From: a virus
Lineage: Duplodnaviria; Caudoviricetes
Virus record (IMG/VR): IMGVR_UViG_3300044825_001615
Span: 1-29,947 of that record
Length of the DNA: 29,947 bases
Direction: 5' to 3' (one strand)
Shown here: in pieces, positions 25,797-29,947 of the stretch
Numbering within the stretch: position 1 is the stretch's first letter
How the letters are laid out: the number at the start of each line of letters is the position of its first letter
Program-made: the position numbers and the translations under genes
Notes under the pieces: model-generated
Database searches by the model: none
The model's input: only the letters and a program-made list of their open reading frames with translations
Told to the model about the DNA's origin: nothing

Positions 25797-26641
25797 CAGA
25801 TACTCTCCGCAGAAAATGACCCGGTTGGTAGAATCGACCCTCGAAAACTGCATCTGGACGTTTCCGGGCCAATCGTTGCGGTGACATATATCCCGCCAAC
25901 GAGACTCAAACCACCGGAGAAGCTCGCCCTGTTTGGCTCATTTCCGGCAATGATCCCACCAAGAACCGGGATGACTCCGGCGATATTTGCCAGGTTTCCG
26001 GAAATGCACGACATCTCTCCGGAAGGGCAAAGGCTGCCGGAGATGCTCGCCTCGTAGGGAACCACGTAAGCAGACAAACCGCCGTCGAATTCGATGGCCC
26101 CTGAGACTGTCGCGAGAACGATCTGATCCGCGCTGAATCCACCGAACGGAGAAATTTCACCTGAGACATCGCACGCCGTTCCGGCAATGGCGGACAATTC
26201 CCCAGACGGGGAAATCGCCCCGTTGATTCCGGAGATTGACACAGGAACGATGGAAACCCTGCCGGTAGGCCGAATGACCCCGGATAGGACGCACTCCACG
26301 CCGGCAATGGCGGATTGCCCCCCTGACAGGCCGATCGCTCCGCCGATGGACGCGAAGAAGGCACATTGCGCCTCGATCTCGCCAGATGGAACGATTGCCC
26401 CGCTGAGACTTGCGAGCTGGCAACCGGCTTCAATCCCACCGCCAAGCGTAATCCCCCCAGCAACCGTGCAGACGTTGCTGTACGCCTCGACTGCGCCATC
26501 CAGATGGACAGAATCCGATACGATCCTGCACAGGGCTGCCGGCGGGGTGATGAAATCGATTTCGTTCCACGGAGGAGCCGCAACCGGCGATCCGGTTCCT
26601 GTGAAATCGACCTCATCCCAATTGGGGGGGGAGTAGGACAC
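25796..26641 (-). CDS. Gly/Ser/Ile-rich repeat protein, probable tail component
   Basis: About ten ~20-aa repeats (ASISGAI.PSGE.SA...) and a duplicated N-terminal PP(N)W(D/N)E(V/I)DF motif. Confidence 0.65.
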   Translation of the reverse strand: MSYSPPNWDEVDFTGTGSPVAAPPWNEIDFITPPAALCRIVSDSVHLDGAVEAYSNVCTVAGGITLGGGIEAGCQLASLSGAIVPSGEIEAQCAFFASIGGAIGLSGGQSAIAGVECVLSGVIRPTGRVSIVPVSISGINGAISPSGELSAIAGTACDVSGEISPFGGFSADQIVLATVSGAIEFDGGLSAYVVPYEASISGSLCPSGEMSCISGNLANIAGVIPVLGGIIAGNEPNRASFSGGLSLVGGIYVTATIGPETSRCSFRGSILPTGSFSAESI

Positions 26642-26645
26642 AGGA

Positions 26646-27083
26646 TCACGGAATGGTCAGTGTCCCGCCAGCAGAGAATGCCACTGGCGCGTTGGCAACG
26701 ATGGTCGTCGAAACCATCGAGATGAACTTTCCCGCCCCGGTCACGCCAACGTCGGTATCCATCACCGCATTGCCGGCGCTGTCCGTCCATCGCGCCCATG
26801 TGGCGGTTCGGCTGCTCGGAGAAGTGAAGTTCTCGGCTGTCGCGGTATCGATGTTGGCGAAAGTCAGCGTTCCAGTCGGTGTTTCCGTGGCACACGTCGT
26901 CGTATTTGAAGATGTTGTCTGAACCAGCAGGGTCTGTGTGGTCACTCCAGTTTCAGGGGTAGCCGGTCTGGTCCCATCGTAGATCAGGACCTTCATTGCG
27001 CCCGCGCCCGCATCCAGTTTCAACTGTAGCGCCACAAGCATGTCCCCGGCAACGTCCCGGCTTACTCGAATATCTGCTGCCAT
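26646..27083 (-). CDS. Conserved phage virion protein
   Basis: LIYDGTRPAT.E...GTLTF...ATWARW.DS.G..VMD.DVG pattern typical of phage structural regions. Confidence 0.7.
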   Translation of the reverse strand: MAADIRVSRDVAGDMLVALQLKLDAGAGAMKVLIYDGTRPATPETGVTTQTLLVQTTSSNTTTCATETPTGTLTFANIDTATAENFTSPSSRTATWARWTDSAGNAVMDTDVGVTGAGKFISMVSTTIVANAPVAFSAGGTLTIP

Positions 27084-27094
27084 ATCCTATTCCC

Positions 27095-28669
27095 CTATGA
27101 ACCCGGAATCACCCGGTCGTAAATGATGGCGTTCTCGCCTGATCCGCCGTCAGCCGGCATCTTCAGCAAGCGCGAGGTCGGCGTTGCCGCGGCTGCGCGA
27201 CGGGCGCCCCTGCTGATGCGGACCTTTCCAATGCGGCCTTTGAAGCTCTCGGTGTTGGTGGCGTTCCCGCCGATGTACAGTTGCGAACTGGTGAAGTTGT
27301 ACGCAGTTCCCCCAAGGGTTCCCCACGTCGAATCATCGACCGTCACGGTGCAAGTTCCTCCGGCCCTGCGGAGCTGCAGCTTGTGCCAATTGCTGTCTGA
27401 AAATGAGACGGTCAGATTCGCTCCGACGATATGGACCCAGGCCGAGCCGTTGTGATACAGCATCTCAAGCTTCATTGGGTTGTCAGACGCATAAGCAACT
27501 ATGGCGAGCGTCCCGGCCGAGGCGTTCGCGCCGATCTGGAGCAACCGAGCATAGGCGCTGCCGTGCCCGCCAGTGATCGGGTAGAACTCCAGGTCAAGGC
27601 AAAAGTCATCGGTCCCAAGGATGTAATCCGTACTGGTGCTGTAGATAGAGTCCGCGCTTCCGTCAAATTCAAATGAAATGCCATCCGCGTTGATCTTCGC
27701 ATCGTTGTAATACGAGAGCGCATGCCCATTGGTGTCGGCTACAAGTTGCCCTCCCACCACGCCCCTCGACGGATCAAGGTCAAACACGCATTCATCGGTC
27801 ATCGGATCGGCAAGCTCATCAACCCGGCAAACTGTGACCTCGCCGAAGGTTGCTGGGTAGAACACGTAAGCCCCGGTCGATGGATCAGAATTCGCCCCGC
27901 CGAGATACGATTGCGTGCTCCGGTCGAAGACCAGCACGGTTTTCGCCGCCGGCGCCGCCGCGTCATCGTAGACGTGGCCGGAGATGGTCGGGCGGGGGAA
28001 AGGCGCGGTAGGTAGGCCAGTTGGGCGGGCTTCCCCTTTCGTGATCCTAACGTTGCAGATGTACCCGTTCAGGATGTCGTTGTAGTTCGTGATGGAACGG
28101 CCGCCGATATGCAGGTTCTGGGTCGAGCTTCCGAACTGCACGTTGTACGAGCCGCTGCTTCCAAGTTGAACTTCGTCGAGGTAGAAAGTGACGGTCCCGG
28201 ATACCCGTTTGGCTCGCACGAAATGCCAGACGTCCTTGGAAATTGTTCCGGTTCCAGATATTCCTGTTGTTCCGTTCCACAAGAACAAATGCGTTCCAGT
28301 GACAGAGCCGCTCCCACCAATCATGAACTCCAACGTAGAAGCACTGGACCCGTTGTCCACAGACAGGATGGTGGCGTTCCGTTGCGAACTCCCATTGACC
28401 GCCGAGTCGCCGTCGATGTAAATCCACGCCGCAAGGTCGAAATCCCCTGTACCAAGGTTGAAGTCTGCGCTCTGTACCGGACACCGCAGGTAGTCCCCTG
28501 TCCCGTCGAAGTAGCACGCCTTGCCGGCACCAAATGGCGTACCGACAGCAGACGACAGCCCCGCGTTGCCGTAAGCCGCGAATGGTCGCCTGAGCGCTGA
28601 AGCGTCCTGTAGATCCTCGGACAATTGGAGCAGAAGGACGGTCTTGTCCCAAAGCGTATCAATGGCCAC
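27095..28669 (-). CDS. Tail / receptor-binding protein with two LamG (concanavalin A-like) domains
   Basis: Two copies of FDGxxD...LGTxDF.....W/FY...WH...R..GT...IGG...G.I..VRI(T/S)(K/R)G, separated by an Ig-like linker (TISGHVYD). Confidence 0.8.
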   Translation of the reverse strand: MAIDTLWDKTVLLLQLSEDLQDASALRRPFAAYGNAGLSSAVGTPFGAGKACYFDGTGDYLRCPVQSADFNLGTGDFDLAAWIYIDGDSAVNGSSQRNATILSVDNGSSASTLEFMIGGSGSVTGTHLFLWNGTTGISGTGTISKDVWHFVRAKRVSGTVTFYLDEVQLGSSGSYNVQFGSSTQNLHIGGRSITNYNDILNGYICNVRITKGEARPTGLPTAPFPRPTISGHVYDDAAAPAAKTVLVFDRSTQSYLGGANSDPSTGAYVFYPATFGEVTVCRVDELADPMTDECVFDLDPSRGVVGGQLVADTNGHALSYYNDAKINADGISFEFDGSADSIYSTSTDYILGTDDFCLDLEFYPITGGHGSAYARLLQIGANASAGTLAIVAYASDNPMKLEMLYHNGSAWVHIVGANLTVSFSDSNWHKLQLRRAGGTCTVTVDDSTWGTLGGTAYNFTSSQLYIGGNATNTESFKGRIGKVRISRGARRAAAATPTSRLLKMPADGGSGENAIIYDRVIPGS

Positions 28670-29426
28670 CTGTGACCCTCACCACATGCCGTTCCGAGAA
28701 CACTCGAACCACCGCAGAAGGCGACTTGACCCGGCAGAATACCGGTGCCCCAGACGATCTACTGGCAGGCATGCCCGCGCTGGCCGTCCCGTTGCAAGCC
28801 GTGATCGAAATCGCCGGCAGCGACCCTGAGCACGAGGCTGCGCCAGACGCGCTCCCGGCCAATGCGGACAGACTCAACACGCGGATGTCGCCGGCAGCCG
28901 ATGCTCTCCCCGTCGCAGACCCCGATGGAGCCGTCAAACCGATCGCCGCCAGCTCCCCATCGGCCACCGTTCCGGCGCCTGAGAAAGCTGTCCCTGTCGG
29001 AGCAGAGAGCGATACCGCTGGCGCTTCGCCGCTGGTGCTGCATGATCCTGTAGCATCCCCGGATGGTGCGGAGATGGACAGGGCCTGGATACCTGCACTC
29101 GCCGCAGACGCCCCTGTTGCCGAGCCTTCCGGCGTCGTCAGTGACAGCGCTTGGAGACTTCCTGCGGCGGATGCATTACCGGATGCCGTTCCGGTCGCCG
29201 GTGACAACGACAGGGCCTGGATGTCGCCAGAAGCCGCCGCCGCGCCTGTGGCCGCCCCGGTCGGAGCAGAAAGCGACAACGGAGCGATACTCCCGTCCGC
29301 TGAAACCCCGCCTCCTCCAGCCGTGGCATTAGTCTGCACCCACCCATTGATCGACACGCGAGACGACGCAGATGCGTCATCCCCCTGTATCCAGCCTCCG
29401 AGCGTGACGCGTGAAAAGGAAGCCAC
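28659..29426 (-). CDS. Ala/Ser/Gly-rich protein with eight ~22-aa repeats, probable tail component
   Basis: Repeat unit approximately SAAGSIQALSLSAPTGSATGAA. Confidence 0.7.
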   Translation of the reverse strand: MASFSRVTLGGWIQGDDASASSRVSINGWVQTNATAGGGGVSADGSIAPLSLSAPTGAATGAAAASGDIQALSLSPATGTASGNASAAGSLQALSLTTPEGSATGASAASAGIQALSISAPSGDATGSCSTSGEAPAVSLSAPTGTAFSGAGTVADGELAAIGLTAPSGSATGRASAAGDIRVLSLSALAGSASGAASCSGSLPAISITACNGTASAGMPASRSSGAPVFCRVKSPSAVVRVFSERHVVRVTGGH

Positions 29427-29432
29427 GGCGGA

Positions 29433-29947
29433 TTACCAGCGAATCTCGGGATCGAGATAGACGGTGATGCTTGGCTCACCGACAAGTGCGCGCCCCAGGA
29501 TTTCTCCATTCTCAGCCGGAGTGAGCGCACTCCCAGAGTCAATCTTTCCGGACCATGCCGTTCCTGATTCCCCAGTCCAAGAACCAAGACCTGCCCCGGT
29601 ATCTTGATCCGCAGCCGTACCGAGCAGAGGCATACAGTCGGAATATGTTGTCCCGATCACACTGCCAGATGTGACCTTGGCTGAGAATTCCGCGCCAATC
29701 TCATCATTCTGATAAGCCGTCGTGCTGCCATCGCGCAGAATCTCGAATCTCGGGGTTATCGCTGATGTGCCCGTGTGATAGACGGAAATCCAGGGTGTGA
29801 TGAACGGTGTAGCGTAAGAGCAGTTCGCTGTTGTAACTATTTTCCAGGACTGCGCTGCAGAGCCAGCCGTGAAATAGATCGTAGAATCAGACACGATACT
29901 CCCAAACGCGTCTTGATACTGAAATATCCCGTGCGTATCACCGGAAG
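29433..29947 (-). CDS. Phage tail-associated protein (5' partial; runs off window)
   Basis: Frame is open to the window end (SGDTHGIFQYQDAFGSIVSDSTIYF...VYLDPEIRW*). Confidence 0.65.
   Translation of the reverse strand, partial: SGDTHGIFQYQDAFGSIVSDSTIYFTAGSAAQSWKIVTTANCSYATPFITPWISVYHTGTSAITPRFEILRDGSTTAYQNDEIGAEFSAKVTSGSVIGTTYSDCMPLLGTAADQDTGAGLGSWTGESGTAWSGKIDSGSALTPAENGEILGRALVGEPSITVYLDPEIRW

Noticed and set aside
25797-25853. Upstream start at 25853 for the 584-aa ORF
   Set aside because: It overlaps the previous gene by 58 bp; ATG 25796 gives standard TGATG coupling.
24498-26057. 519-aa plus-strand ORF and similar long antisense ORFs (e.g. 15224-16345, 28672-29460, 875-1660)
   Set aside because: Shadow frames of GC-rich genes on the opposite strand, with biased composition and no motifs.
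1-29947. Integrase, transposase, reverse transcriptase (DGR), tRNA or rRNA genes
   Set aside because: No tyrosine/serine recombinase, DDE or RT motifs were recognised in the ORF track, and no TR/VR pair or structural RNA was recognised by eye.

Overview
This is a ~30 kb GC-rich segment of a tailed phage or prophage, probably proteobacterial (host is inference). Two gene blocks converge at ~7085. The + strand early/accessory block (1-7093) holds a conserved phage protein, a coiled-coil protein, an HTH protein, an SNF2-type helicase + small membrane protein + beta-class DNA methyltransferase module, small hypotheticals and a broken C5-methyltransferase. The - strand late block (7080-29947) holds a DUF1353-like protein, a frameshifted GH19 endolysin, a holin-like protein, a 3088-aa polyvalent protein (HExxH peptidase, ADP-ribosyltransferase-like modules, LPD38-like C-terminus), putative ejection and structural proteins, and LamG and repeat-rich tail proteins. 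The main discovery is at 2327-6660, where the early genes are separated by five integron attC-like hairpin sites (four clear, one degenerate) ending in an attI-like site. All sites are oriented OPPOSITE to the genes, most cassette ends are mutually complementary, and there is no integrase in the window. This looks like a phage-borne, inverted integron-type cassette array carrying phage genes. All product calls come from motif recognition by eye; no database searches were run.
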